A stretch of DNA of 64,000 nt, taken from Nemertoderma westbladi (taxonomy: Eukaryota; Animalia; Xenacoelomorpha). The stretch is from NCBI GenBank assembly GCA_032718475.1, contig JAUCBJ010003424.1:1-64000 (forward strand), written 5' to 3'. The position numbers and the translations under genes were made by a program. Within the stretch, counting starts at the first letter, position 1. Each line of letters starts with the position of its first letter. Below the pieces are notes generated by a model. The model was given only the letters and a program-made list of their open reading frames with translations, searched no databases and was not told where the DNA came from. Positions 1 to 12,050 of this stretch are shown in pieces.

Positions 1-900
1 CCCAAAAATTTCAAAGTATTTGGCCAGTTTCGGAATCAGCGCCGAAAAATACTCTACGTGTCAAAATCATAAAAGAATATAATTTTTGCAAAAATTTGAA
101 AAATTTTCACTTTCGGTGCATGTTTGGTCAATTGTAATAAGGAGGAAATTTAAATCTCATTATCCTAGTGTTGCCTTTTTTGGGACTCTTTCCTTAATCT
201 ACTTTTTAACTACTTAACCGATTTTCTTTCTGTTTGAAGAATTAGTTAGAGGAATACTCCGCGCACAAATTGTGTTGACCGAATTTAGAAATATTGTTTA
301 AATAAAAAGTTACGCCTTTTTTTGTGTAAGAAATATCGAAATTTTGAAATTTTTCGACTTTTGGATACTATTGATGCTTTTGAAAAGAAAAATGCAATAA
401 CTTTTTTTAAACAAAATTTAAAAAGTCTGTCACCACAATTTTTGCGCGGAATGTTCCTGTACATAATTATGCAAACAGAACGTAATTCTCTTAATTAGTT
501 TAAAAGTAGATAGAGAAGTTGTCCCATAAAAGTAAACCCATGAAAAATTACCAAACATACACCCAAAGTGAACAATTTTTAAATTTAAAAAAAAAAGATC
601 TTCTTATGCGGTTTTGATACCTATAATAAATAGATAGGCAAATTTTCGGTGCTGATTCCGAAAATTCCAAGATATTTCGAAGTTATTGTGTTTTTTATGG
701 TCTTTTTTTGTGTCAAATCTGGTGCTGCACAAAATTACAAATTTTCAACTTTATGGTTAAAATTACAAAAATTCGAGAATAACTCGAGAACGAAACTTTT
801 TATCAAAAAAACTGATTTCTGATTCGAATACACCATAACATTTTACATCGGAGAACACATAAAAAAATTTCATGAAAATAAGACTGGTGGGGAACACCCT
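1..900. mobile_element. Right end of a non-autonomous DNA transposon, Kolobok-like (TTAA target), truncated by the window start
   Basis: Ends ...GGAACACCCT|TTAA at 900/901-904, matching the RR..YY termini and TTAA target typical of Kolobok. Internal inverted repeats: CGGAATCAGCGCCGAAAAAT (31-50) vs ATTTTCGGTGCTGATTCCG (~642-660), and 251-279 vs 429-458. No ORF. The left end is not visible. Confidence 0.5.
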
Positions 901-1299
901 TTAATTACTGTGCCGTTCACATCCTAAAACTATAACATAGTTGCATCTACAGTACAGTATGGGAAGTGAGGCACCGCACCGTCTACCACTCCCGCTGGGG
1001 CCAGTGTGTCCTCGAAGACCTAAAAATGCACAAATGGCTCTTAGTGTTTCCAAGGAGAGGCGGGTTCTGACCCATCCCATAATGTGAGAGTAGTAAGGTC
1101 TATCTCACCTACCCTGTGTGCCCTGTGCATGTATCTGAATATTTCATCTTCTCCTCTTAATTAATTTTAAAGATAAAAAATCAAGAAACAAAATAAACCA
1201 AAATAAACAAAATAAAATGAACTAACTAACTCTTTCACAACTATTTATTCATATAAATAGCTGAGTTAAGTATATATACACAAATTTGGGATACAAACC

Positions 1300-1935
1300 A
1301 ATACTACTACTAGTAGTAGGATGGCATCGCTGCATTTTTAAGAATTCTGTGCCGGCTTGACGACAAAATTGCGCCGCCACAACTCCCTATCACCCATTAC
1401 ATTTTGCTAGATCAGCCGCATCTTCAAGGCCAGTGTCCTTTAAGAGGCAACTCAAGAATGTCATGGACTGTCCACCATGCTTATTCACTCCTTAACAACA
1501 CCAAATCACAAGATTATGCACTGGCTGGTTCGCAATGTCCTGCGGAAATCGGAATCCTCAAGGATCCTCAAGGCGAAAGCAGTCCTGCAAAGGGGAGGCA
1601 GTTCCGTTCAAGTATCACGCTAGGGGAGACTTATGGAACACCTCCAATGTTGTATAGAGTCTGATTGGAGATGTGGTCATTGTATTTGACACAAAGAACC
1701 TGGCGCAGTATTCTTGTGTAAGTGCCGTCCAGAGATTTGGTATCCTCTGAGATGAAGTTAGAGCCCAGAGGACTCCCATAGAGGAGTACTGGAACTACTG
1801 CTGCTCTAAATAATCGGACCTTAAGTTTCCGATAAATTCTCGGTGACTTCCAAATCCGGAAAGCCTATTCAAGGCTACCCATGCCTTTCCCTTACGTATC
1901 CGAAGGTCTTCACCTGACTTCCGGATCCATGATGC
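1300..1935 (-). mobile_element. 5'-truncated, degenerate RTE-clade LINE fragment (RT C-terminus plus 3' end)
   Basis: Reverse complement of the copy at ~3250-3856 (e.g. 1341-1413 vs 3745-3818). Short TAG/CTA simple-repeat tail at ~1301-1320. Confidence 0.85.
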
Positions 1936-3119
1936 GAGTTTTGGATAGCGGGTGTGAAGCAAATGGAGGTGCAGTAGAGATCAATACTGAAGACACATAT
2001 AGGTGCCCGATAGCCAACATCTAATGAGTTAATCCACATTTAGAGGGTGTTCCCCAGGCTGCTGCCTTTATCGCGAGAAGACGGGTGGCTTTCCTGAAGA
2101 TGGTACAGAATTCGCCAGTAAATTATCCACTCCAGTTAGCTCTCAGCCTGTTTAGCGGGACAAACCTTTGCTCTAAGATTTTCAAGTCTATGTCAAGATA
2201 TTCATCTTATCATGTCTATGTCTATATTTTCATTGGATATACTCAGCAAGCCAACTAGACATTTCAGACAAGCAGTAATGAGATTAATTGAATAAATGAA
2301 TGAGTAATGAAGCTGAAGGTCGTTAGTCTTGGATTCCTCGTGATGAGCAGGTTTGTAGCTGTTCAGTGGGGGGTATACAGGATGAGAAACAAGCGAGCTT
2401 GGAGTGAGTTTCACTACTACAACTTTGATGGAACTGTTTATTAAATACAAAGTAGATTTCGGTAAATATATTTACAAGAGTCCTAGGAATGTTCGATAGT
2501 GATCTGTGAACAGTTTGAAGTTCTTCTTTTTGTATGTCAGATCTGTAGTCTTAATATATTATTATAACTGTTTCTTTCCATGGTTTTTTTGAGTTTAATC
2601 GTATCTTTATGTATAGCTTTCTTTTTTGAGTTTAAAAATCGTTGCATTGTCTTGTTGTTATGTCTCGTTTGTGTATTTGGTTCTACTCGTATTAGTTTTA
2701 TTATGCAGTGTATTATTGATAGGATCTATTAAATTATTGTGATTAATTTATTATTAGTGATTTATTTTGTCGAGGACCTTATGGGAGATCATGTTTGTGT
2801 CTATATATAATATGTATAACTAACTAACTATGATATATTTCTATGAAAGTCAGCAGGCAAGTATAAATATGTTTGTCAGCCATTGACATTCCTGATAAGG
2901 TCTTCAGGGTTATATTGTTAATCACAGACTATGGAGGTGTCTGTGGCAGGGCTGTCCAGCAATGGATCCTGGTTGTGTGGCTGATATAGTATATGTTTAT
3001 GTGCATATTTAATGCAGACCATTCCTTACCTTATCAGAAATGAAGTTTTTTTAGCAGATACACACACAAAACAATATTTTACTGTTTACGGCTCCTCAGC
3101 TCATTAGAACATGCTGCTT

Positions 3120-3856
3120 CTAGTGTTGGTCTTTTTATTAATTCTAGAAAGACCAAAATTTTGACAGTTAAATTTGAAAGTCCTCAGCAAGTCTCTGATC
3201 GGATGAGCATAAGCTCAAAGGATGGTATGCCTGAGCATGTGGACGACTTCTGTTACCTGGGATCATGGATCCGGAAGTCAGGTGAGGACCTTCGAATACG
3301 TAAGGGAAAGGCATGGACAGCCTTGAATAGGCTTTCCAGGATTTGGAAGTCACCGAGAATTAATCGGAAACTTAAGGTCCGATTATTTAGAGCAGCAGTA
3401 GTTCCAGCACTCCTCTATGGCAGTCCATGTTGGGCTCTAACTACTGAGGACACCAAATCTCTGGATGGCACATTCACAAGAATACTACGCCGGGTTCATT
3501 GTGTCAAGTACAATGCAACATCTCCAACCAGACACTATACAACATTGGAGGTGTCTCATTGGTTCCCCCAAGCTTGACACTAGAACAAAATCGCCTCCGC
3601 TTTGCAGGACATTGCTTTCGCCGCGAGGACCACCCAGTGCATAATCTTGTACTTTGGCAGCCTCATGGAGTGAATAAGCATGGTGGACAGCCCATGACTT
3701 TCTTGAGACGCATCTTAATGGACACTGGCCTTGACGATGCGGATGATCTAGCAAATGTCATGGGTGATAGGGAGTTGTGGCGGCGCAATTTTGTCGACAA
3801 GCCGGCACAGCATTCTTAAAAATGCAGCTGCAATGTAGCATGCCGATCCTAGTAGT
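3120..3856 (+). mobile_element. 5'-truncated RTE-clade LINE fragment, frameshifted
   Basis: ORFs 3161-3577 and 3499-3819 give VDDFCYLGSWI, RIRKGKAWTALNRLSRIWKS, LLYGSPCW and RLRFAGHCFR, the characteristic RT-thumb/C-terminal motifs of RTE-type LINEs. Confidence 0.88.
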
Positions 3857-4109
3857 TACTGGTTATTCATTAACACAAGAACCACATTATTCACATACAT
3901 AACTGAAATTTCACATCACTCGCGAAATTCAACATCGCTGGCACATAACCTGAAAAGCATGACATATCATTATTATATGATTTGGAAGTTATTCAAATGT
4001 ATTTTTAATATTTGTAAATGTTATAAATGTATTATTTGCGTTTGCTTGGTGAACATATAACATTATTTTAAAAATAACAATAAAATTAATTCAAATATTT
4101 TTCCTCTAG

Positions 4110-7100
4110 ATTTCATCTATAACTTCAACTAAATCAGTCCAAAAATGCTATTGTGGGCTAGACGTGATGGAACATTCCGAAATGGCCATCAAGAATGGAG
4201 ACATGAGTGGCAATGGATCGTGGTCCACAGCATTCAATACAAATCTCACACCAACTAACGCATTTGGAAATGTAACCCTGCCCAGTCGCCAACAGGTAAA
4301 TGATACGTCTCCAACAAAGTACATACGTATGGATTCCAACACAAAAGGTGAGCATGTTGTGAAGCTCATTGAAGAATGTTGGGATATTCCACCACCATCA
4401 ATGGTACTCACCATATTTGGGAACAATTTCACAGGAAGTCAGATGCGAGGAAAGGTGAGGCAAGTTTTTGAAAAGGGCCTAATGAAAATAGCCGATATTT
4501 CCCATGTCTGGATATTTAGCCAAGGATTAAGTTATGGTGTGAGTGCACAGGTTGGAAATATAATTGCACAAAATGTTAAAAGTAGAGGCGGTAGTGTTTT
4601 CCTAGCTGGATTAACATCATGGGGTTCTGTCGCTGGAAATTCTTCTCTCATTAATTTATGTAGTCCAAAGTGTATTGAATACAGATACAGAAAAGAAGAT
4701 GTTTGCTTTGAAGATGGACTTCTTAATGTACCATTAGATTCTAACCATACACATTTTATTCTTTCTGATGATGGAACCACAGGGAAATTTGGTGACAAGG
4801 AGGTATTATGGCATAACTTTATGGAGGCATTAAGAAATGATAATGAAGTCAATGAAGACAATTGTATTCCTGCTCTAAAAAATATCCCAATACTTAGCAT
4901 TTTACTAGGAGGAGATAGAAGTACATTGCAAGAAGTTCAAGGATCTCTTAAACTTAAAACACCACTGATAATTCTCGAAGGATCAGGTGGGTTAGCAGAT
5001 CTTTTTATTTGGGTGTTAGTGCAAACAGAACACATGAGGATGCCAACAGAAGTTAATAGCCAATCATCAGAGAAATATGATTTATTTGGAGAATTCATTC
5101 AATTGGTACAGAAGAAAATTATTGGTATTTGGGGAACAGATCACATAAGTAATGTAATACGGATGCTTTATGAATGTCTTCTAGACAAAAGTCTACTTAT
5201 AATTGTAAGTAAAAGTGAGAAGAGCATGGATACTGTAATGATTAAAGAAATGATGAAGCTAAATGCACATAACCAACTTGATCAGCTTCAGATATGTCTC
5301 GACTGGGATCGGGCTGACATTGCGAGTGATTATATATTTACTGGTGATAAACGCTTTGATGAGAATGACATAGGTCCATATCTGCTACAGGCTATACATG
5401 ATGATAAAACATCATTTGTTGATTTAATACTGGAAAGTGGTTTTGATTTGAAATCATTCCTTACAGTAAAAATGTTAAAAGATTTATATAATATTATTCC
5501 ACATGAACAGGTATTGTATGGATTTCTTAACTCACAAAAACAAAAATATGGAAATAAATTCATATCATTGCAGGATATTGGAAAGATTGTAAAATATTTA
5601 ATGGGTAATGACATTGATTACAATCCAATTTATCTCTGTGATTCCCGATATAATATGAATATCGCAAAGGATAATAATATACTGCATGTAAATATAGAGG
5701 AACCAGCTCAATTTCTTTCTAATCATACAGGAGACACTCATTGTACATCTGATTTTGAAACATTTGATGATCCAAGCAGAGAATTGTTTATATATTGCAT
5801 TCTTTTAGGCAGAGAAGAAATGTCAAGATATTTCTGGGAGGAAGAAAATCATAAATGTGCAGCAGCATTAGCAGCTGTCAAAATACTGAAATCAATGGCT
5901 GAATCACGATATGTCACAGATTCTCGATATTGTGCTAGACTCCACGAAATTGCTCAATACTTTGAGGATTTAGCGATAAATGTGGCCAATGAGTGCTATT
6001 GTGAAGATTCTTTTCAGGTCCAGATTCTTCTTTGTCAAGTGTTACCTTTGTTTGGTGGAAGTACAGTCATGGAACTTTCTCAAGCAGGAAATTGTATTAA
6101 CTTCACATCACAAAGTGGTTGTCAAGCATTCCTCTCTAGTGTTTGGTATGGTGAGATGATGCCAACAGGATTACATCGCATATCATTGTGTCTATTATGC
6201 CCTCTCCTTGTTCCATTTCTTATACCGTTCTATGGTGATAAATGTTTTTCAGAAGATGACACTGATAAATCTGGTACATGTGACAATATTGCAAGGATGA
6301 TAGACATGAATAATGAGAACACAATTTCAAACAAAGGTGCCACTAATAATGAAAGAAAGCCACTAGACCAGTTATCATACTACAAAAAGATATATGGTTT
6401 TTTGAGGGCACCCATTGTTGTATTTTGGCAGCATTCCTATTTCTACATGGTATTAGTACTGCTGTTCAGTTATGTATTAATGATGAATTTCCATGAAACA
6501 CCTTCAATTTGGGAAATTATACTCGTATTCTGGTTTGGAACACTGTATCTAGACGAGGCTAGACAAATATATGATAGTGGAATACCAACATTACGTAGGA
6601 AGGTCCTTGCATGGATTGGGAATACTTGGAATAAGTTAGACTTGTTTTGTATGATAACTATTGCTCCAGGTTTAATACTGAGAAACATAGAAGGACAGCT
6701 GTTTTCAGCCAGAGTGTTTTATGCCATTGCTTTATGGGGTTGTTATCTGCGAACACTGCATATTGGAACAATAAATCGTGTAATTGGGCCAAAATTGATC
6801 ATGATAGAAAAAATGTTGAAAGATCTTATATTCTTTATAGTTATTATAATAATATTCATTCTCTCGTATGGAGTTGCAGTGCATTCTTTGATGTTTCCTA
6901 ATGAAACTGATATTGGAGCTGCTGCAGAATCGATTTTATACCATTCTTATTTCCAAGTCTATGGCAACCTATTTCTTGATAACTATAATTTAGATGAAGC
7001 AAATTGTGAGACAAATGATGAATTAGCGATGGCTACTGGAATTCAGAGATGCCCGCAATCAAAATTTTGGCCACTAATTTTTTTAGCTGTATATTTGCTA

Positions 7101-7961
7101 TTGAGTAATGTTCTACTTCTGAATTTATTAATTGCAATGTTCAGTCATACATTTGATGCTGTTAATGACAATACTGATGAGTATTGGTCCTTCCAAAGGT
7201 ATGATCTGATGGAAGAATATTTTTCAAAACCTCTGTTTGCCCCACCATTGAGTTTAATTCCCTTTGTTTTGCGATTATGCGGGATAATTAAACACCGACA
7301 ACTGAAATTGATTTCAAATAAAAATGAAGTAGCAGCTATTGCAAGATTTGAGGATATGTGTGCAAGTAACTATATTTCCCGAGCAGCAAAAGATGAAAAC
7401 ATTGGGGTTGAAAAACGGATGATTCTGGCTAATAAACAGTTAGAAAAACTTAATGATTTGGTTGAGAGTACAAACCAAAGGCAGCGTTCGAGCATAAATA
7501 GAGTTTATGATACGACTATGTACGAATTCCAATCTCAAATGGGATTTTTGAAATATGAACATGAGGCAAATGAAAAACTAGTTGAGAAACAATTTGCTTT
7601 GTTTGGTGATCTATCAAACCAGCTGTTAGAAATTACTGAAAAATTGAATGATCTTAAAACTTCGCCCCCACCCCCTGTGCCATCACTACCACCAGAAATG
7701 CCACCACCAAGTCGAACAACAAGGGTTAAGGAAATGTCGTATCGTATAGATTCCTTGACGAAACGAGTTCTAGATACGAGTTCCAGTGGAAAACCAACTC
7801 AAAGTGAGACAATAAAGGATGAAACTGAGAAAACATTCAAAGACTTGCAATCAGATATAAGAGAGTTACAAACTGTAATCAGAGGTATCTCTTCTGATAT
7901 TCAAGCCTACCAATATCAGAATAGGGAGACACTGGAGGTAATTCTGAGAAAACTAACTTGA
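4110..7961 (+). CDS. TRPM: TRPM (melastatin) family cation channel, giant last coding exon; no NUDT9-H or kinase domain; start codon probably in an upstream exon
   Basis: MHR motifs TNAFG, PSMVLTIFG, LDSNHTHFILSDDG, LEGSGGLAD and LDWDRADIA. Six hydrophobic segments, pore YFQVYGNL with two following Cys, S6 NVLLLNLLIAMFS, TRP box WSFQR and a C-terminal coiled coil. The frame is open upstream of 4164 to an acceptor TTTTTCCTCTAG (AG 4108-4109) and adds ISSITSTKSVQKCYCGLDVMEH. Confidence 0.95.
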   Translation: MSSITSTKSVQKCYCGLDVMEHSEMAIKNGDMSGNGSWSTAFNTNLTPTNAFGNVTLPSRQQVNDTSPTKYIRMDSNTKGEHVVKLIEECWDIPPPSMVLTIFGNNFTGSQMRGKVRQVFEKGLMKIADISHVWIFSQGLSYGVSAQVGNIIAQNVKSRGGSVFLAGLTSWGSVAGNSSLINLCSPKCIEYRYRKEDVCFEDGLLNVPLDSNHTHFILSDDGTTGKFGDKEVLWHNFMEALRNDNEVNEDNCIPALKNIPILSILLGGDRSTLQEVQGSLKLKTPLIILEGSGGLADLFIWVLVQTEHMRMPTEVNSQSSEKYDLFGEFIQLVQKKIIGIWGTDHISNVIRMLYECLLDKSLLIIVSKSEKSMDTVMIKEMMKLNAHNQLDQLQICLDWDRADIASDYIFTGDKRFDENDIGPYLLQAIHDDKTSFVDLILESGFDLKSFLTVKMLKDLYNIIPHEQVLYGFLNSQKQKYGNKFISLQDIGKIVKYLMGNDIDYNPIYLCDSRYNMNIAKDNNILHVNIEEPAQFLSNHTGDTHCTSDFETFDDPSRELFIYCILLGREEMSRYFWEEENHKCAAALAAVKILKSMAESRYVTDSRYCARLHEIAQYFEDLAINVANECYCEDSFQVQILLCQVLPLFGGSTVMELSQAGNCINFTSQSGCQAFLSSVWYGEMMPTGLHRISLCLLCPLLVPFLIPFYGDKCFSEDDTDKSGTCDNIARMIDMNNENTISNKGATNNERKPLDQLSYYKKIYGFLRAPIVVFWQHSYFYMVLVLLFSYVLMMNFHETPSIWEIILVFWFGTLYLDEARQIYDSGIPTLRRKVLAWIGNTWNKLDLFCMITIAPGLILRNIEGQLFSARVFYAIALWGCYLRTLHIGTINRVIGPKLIMIEKMLKDLIFFIVIIIIFILSYGVAVHSLMFPNETDIGAAAESILYHSYFQVYGNLFLDNYNLDEANCETNDELAMATGIQRCPQSKFWPLIFLAVYLLLSNVLLLNLLIAMFSHTFDAVNDNTDEYWSFQRYDLMEEYFSKPLFAPPLSLIPFVLRLCGIIKHRQLKLISNKNEVAAIARFEDMCASNYISRAAKDENIGVEKRMILANKQLEKLNDLVESTNQRQRSSINRVYDTTMYEFQSQMGFLKYEHEANEKLVEKQFALFGDLSNQLLEITEKLNDLKTSPPPPVPSLPPEMPPPSRTTRVKEMSYRIDSLTKRVLDTSSSGKPTQSETIKDETEKTFKDLQSDIRELQTVIRGISSDIQAYQYQNRETLEVILRKLT

Positions 7962-8430
7962 TACACTAAATAATCCCTAAAAGTTAATTCAAATTTAAAT
8001 TATATTCGCTCGCTTGTATCCTTTTTAATGTTAAATTAATAATTAAGTAATATTTAATGATTATTATTTAATTCTAGTACAATTTTCAAACTAAAATTAG
8101 TAAATTTGAGAGTTTAGAGAGACGGGAGTAGAAGTGTATGGTCCTCTCTAGAACGCTTAGACTTATATGAAACCCAGGGCGTCAGTCTGTCTGTGTAACA
8201 CCCCCTAATTAGCGCAATCAATCATGAATAAATTACTGTAATTAGACCCTAATGGGTGAAATATGACTTTTCACTATTCAGTCATTTGAACAACATGTTT
8301 GAGCTTCAGAATCTTGTCAAATATCGCCAATCTAGCACAGAACGTCGCCAAAATTTGTTAATCCGGCAAAAAAAAAAGGCACAAATTCGTCTAAAAGAGT
8401 AAATTATTGGTAGCAGAATAATATGATTCA

Positions 8431-8867
8431 ACTAGAAAAGACAGCAAGCTGGCTGCTATAAGGCGACCTCCCATACACAAATGTAGTGCATACAATTGAA
8501 CGGCCCAGTGTTTACAATTCAATCAGCTGGCCTCCCACCTAACATAGAGTAGCAGTGACCTTGTAGATATTCCCATAGGAAGAGCTATTCAGCTGGCGGG
8601 GTAATACATTATACAAACTAACAGTTGTTTGATTACTGTCTGGGATAGAGTGAGAGAGTAATAAATTTAGCAAGTAATATACTTCTCTGCAGTTTGGGCT
8701 ATCCATTCAATAAATAGTAGTAGCTTACTAGGCCCTCATGAGTACCAGCAGATCTGGTGTTTCTATCGTTGAGTTGATGGCAATTTCGTGTTTTCATTTT
8801 CGCTCACTCAGGGTGGTACTGGTTTGAGGGGCAGGTTCTTTTAAAGCCAGCTTGCTGGCTTTCTAGT
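8431..8867. mobile_element. MITE-like element (~437 bp) with ~23-bp terminal inverted repeats
   Basis: ACTAGAAAAGACAGCAAGCTGGCT at 8431 vs AGCCAGCTTGCTGGCTTTCTAGT ending at 8867. Confidence 0.55.
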
Positions 8868-9701
8868 ACATAAATTAATTGTACTATAATAATGTCATAG
8901 GCTACTTTTGCCGCATGATGGGCTACATTTGTAGCATAGGCTACCATTGTACCTTAATTAATTTTTCTCTAGCCTTCCGGCACATTTACTACATTAATGT
9001 TTTTATTGTAAAACCCGCCACCCACTGACAAAATCTCTCACCTAGCAACCATAAAAAATATAAAACCATAAAACCCAAATGTATAACCTGCTGGCTATTT
9101 ACCACAGTACGCTTTTGAAATGTACGTAAAGTGAATCCTCAGAGGCAACCCAAAGACTCCTCTCTCTTGGCTCTTAACTTTAAGGTAGTGAGGCACCAAA
9201 CTAACTCACAATGTCGAATAGTCTCACACTCACAATCCGTATCAGTTTTGTTTGCTCCCTTAGCCGGGTCGCATTACAGCTGGGCTGATCGAAGTTAATT
9301 CTTTAGAGTTAACATTACACTCACGACCTTCCTATGATAAAACTCACCAAATGGATAACCTGAACTGGTTTGGGTACTCAAATATCTGCTTAAATAGTCA
9401 ATTAATTGGTTAAACGTATACCATTTCGCCTCCTAGCGACGGTAATGAATTGAATAGGAGTGTCCTCGTGTGTTTGGGACAATATTAAGTCAATAGGAAA
9501 TCAAATATTACACTAATAGAGACACAAGAATCCTTCCAATGTGAGGTGAAATCTACAAATCAGCAGACTCTATCTGCTGATTTGTAGCTGCGCCACTATC
9601 TTGGACTTCCTTATACCTAAACAAGATTTGTCATTTATGTGAGCATCGAGAACCTAAGTAATCAATTTAGGCTAGAATGTTTCAAGAGTACCACCATTGG
9701 A

Positions 9702-9822
9702 ATTATAACTTTTTATTGGGCACAGCTTTAGCAAAGTCGGCAATGACGTCCAGGTGGTATCGAACTGGTGATCTCCGGGTTGGAAGTCTGACGCTCTAAC
9801 CATTCAGGTAGTCGTTTTCAGC
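9702..9822 (-). mobile_element. tRNA-derived SINE-like unit (left arm of an inverted pair)
   Basis: Near-exact reverse complement of 9903-10020. On the minus strand it has an A-box-like TACCTGAATGGTTAGAGCG and a B-box-like GTTCGATACC. Confidence 0.65.
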
Positions 9823-9902
9823 TAATCGTTCATGTGAGGCCATCATGAGGTAATATGCGGATATACAAGGTATCAGATAGTATTTCCAGGTCTATATTTT
9901 AC

Positions 9903-10020
9903 CTGAGCCGCTAGCTGAATGGTTAGGGCGTCAGACTTCCTACCCGAAGGTCACCAGTTCAATCCCACCTAGACGTCATTGCCGACTTTGCAAAAGCTGT
10001 GCCCAACAAAAAGTTATAAT
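9903..10020 (+). mobile_element. tRNA-derived SINE-like unit (right arm of an inverted pair)
   Basis: A box TAGCTGAATGGTTAGGGCG and B box GTTCAATCC with tRNA-like spacing, followed by a ~45-nt non-tRNA tail. The acceptor stem does not close, so this is not a functional tRNA. Confidence 0.65.
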
Positions 10021-10941
10021 AATATGAAACCACTCATTCACCCATAACACCAATAATAAACCATTGGAATTAGCGTCCTAGAAAACCTCAGTACAAAGAA
10101 AATTAATATAGATTAAAAAGATAAAGCTTGACAAATATAATAAAACATAAATCTATTCAAAAATAAGCTTGGAAATAAAAATAAAAAACTATTTTACAAA
10201 GTTTTATGATCAGCCAACTGTATGAATAACTTTTGTATTGAAAGATGACCTCATTTAAGCAACATATGCAAAATTGATATATTAATCGGGGCCTTTTATG
10301 GTGTTTACGTGTAGCACGCTGAGGAATGAATGGGATTTTATAATCTCCTTTAGTGGCTGGCCTCTTTAGACATAAATCATCTCAAAGTTCTTTTCGCCAG
10401 CACTACGTTGTTAGAGTAACTAGAGTAAATAAGGGCGCCCTAATTAAAACTCAAACTATATGGATGCATCTCAGACACACGCAAGGGTAACTAACTAGCA
10501 GTTCCATTTAATTTAATTTGGGTTAAATTGTTATGACGAGAATGGCATCATGGAATCATACTATATGGTAGCCTAGATGCTACCTACGGTACAATTAATT
10601 AAGGCACAATGGCATATATATATATTATTGGTATAAAACTATATAAATAAGTATAATTAATAATGTAAAAGCAGTAGATGAATGATGAGTTATATGTCAC
10701 CCACTAGGGTTGACTTACACTAATTGATTTATTGATGACACCAACTAATTACGGTCTAATTACTCTAATTAGTAGATAATACCCAGACAGACTGACGCTT
10801 TGGGTGGTTGCCTTCTAAGGCCAAGCGTTTTAGTTTGGAGAGGACCATACACTCAGTACTACAGTAACTCAGTTTGTCAGTTCACCTTAGTCAGTAGTGG
10901 CATAATGTTTACAAATGGTGGAGGTCAACGTTTGTTCTTAA

Positions 10942-11773
10942 AACCTTCTATCTCCCAGTGTTCCCAATTGGGAACATTTTTTTAAATTCAACTCCGTGAG
11001 AATTAATTTAGGATTATATTACGTTTTTTAATGTTGATAGGAAGAGTGGAATATTGCTTTTTATTTTCAAACTTCAAGTTGTTCTTGTGGCATTTCAATT
11101 TATATGCCACTTTTCAAAAATTCGAGAAAATAAGAATATAAAAAATTAGAAAATAATTTAAAATGGTTTAATATAAATAATATAAAATCGTTTAAAATTA
11201 CATAACTAATATGTATTTGTGATCTGCTATATTAAAAGCGACATAAAGCTATTGTCGTATTTGTGTAAAACTATATGGGAACATATTTCTGATGTAAAGC
11301 AATATAGTAAAATTGAACCAAATACTGTTGGACTATGGATGTAGGTGTAGGACTGCAATATGTATAGCCAAAATAAACATTATTATACAATATTTTGTTC
11401 CATTTGGGAACATTGGTAAAATAATTTTTCGCAACATGTTACTGTCACCATTGTTTACTAATTCAAATCAAACATAAAAACATCACTAGTGCTCCCAAAT
11501 GGGACATAAACCAATAGACCAATAAAATTGTCTAAAAGTCTATAAAATTGGAGTCTGTGGTTTTTAACACAGTACTTTTTATTTATATTATTTTGTAAAA
11601 TAAATTATAAAAATTTGCTGTGGTACCATTGTTCCCAAATAGTAACAGGTATTTTTTGTGAAAACTAACAGGAGCAATGATAAATTTTTTTACAAAGTTT
11701 AAGTTAACTCGATTTGAAAATGTTTCAAAAATTTCAACAAATTTGCTGAGATTTAAAGAGGGTTAGGAAGGTA
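10942..11773. mobile_element. Degenerate piggyBac-like non-autonomous element
   Basis: Flanked by TTAA (10938-10941 and 11774-11777). Imperfect TIRs AACCTTCTA / TAGGAAGGTA. Recurrent palindromic motif TGTTCCCAATTGGGAACA (~10959) with variants at ~11276, 11397, 11491 and 11630. Confidence 0.45.
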
Positions 11774-12050
11774 TTAATTGTTTATTGGTAGTCTTTTCGA
11801 TAAAAGAAAACTAAGTCCGGTGAGAAGGAGAAAACCGAAATAGATTAGCTGTAAAACAAAAGAAATAATAAATCTAAACAAGATCATCTAGAACTAATTG
11901 TTTGAACTGGAATGATACCCATTTTTTTTAATTATTTTTAAATTTCTTATTTTGAGAGGCAAGTTGTCCCATATTTTCGGTGTTGTAAATGTTAACGGTT
12001 GTTGTGAGAGTTGTAGACGTTTTTGAACGTTTCTGAGCGAGCGTATGCTA

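Larger units (their letters stand above)
8133..10853. mobile_element. Pair of diverged ~110-bp inverted repeats, possibly the TIRs of an old ~2.7-kb non-autonomous DNA transposon with nested insertions
   Basis: AGTGTATGGTCCTCTC...GCGTCAGTCTGTCTG...GTAATTAGACC (8133-8250) is mirrored at 10745-10853 (GGTCTAATTAC...CAGACAGACTGACGC...GAGAGGACCATACACT). No clear TSD. Confidence 0.45.

Noticed and set aside
4148-6901. Short antisense and alternate-frame ORFs overlapping TRPM (likewise those overlapping gag/pol at 19333-22073 and 54369-62338)
   Set aside because: Shadow ORFs of long coding regions or of coding repeats, with no recognisable motifs.
9903-9980. Functional tRNA gene (also considered for 51297-51372)
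   Set aside because: A and B boxes are present, but the acceptor and anticodon stems do not pair into a cloverleaf. Treated as tRNA-derived repeats.
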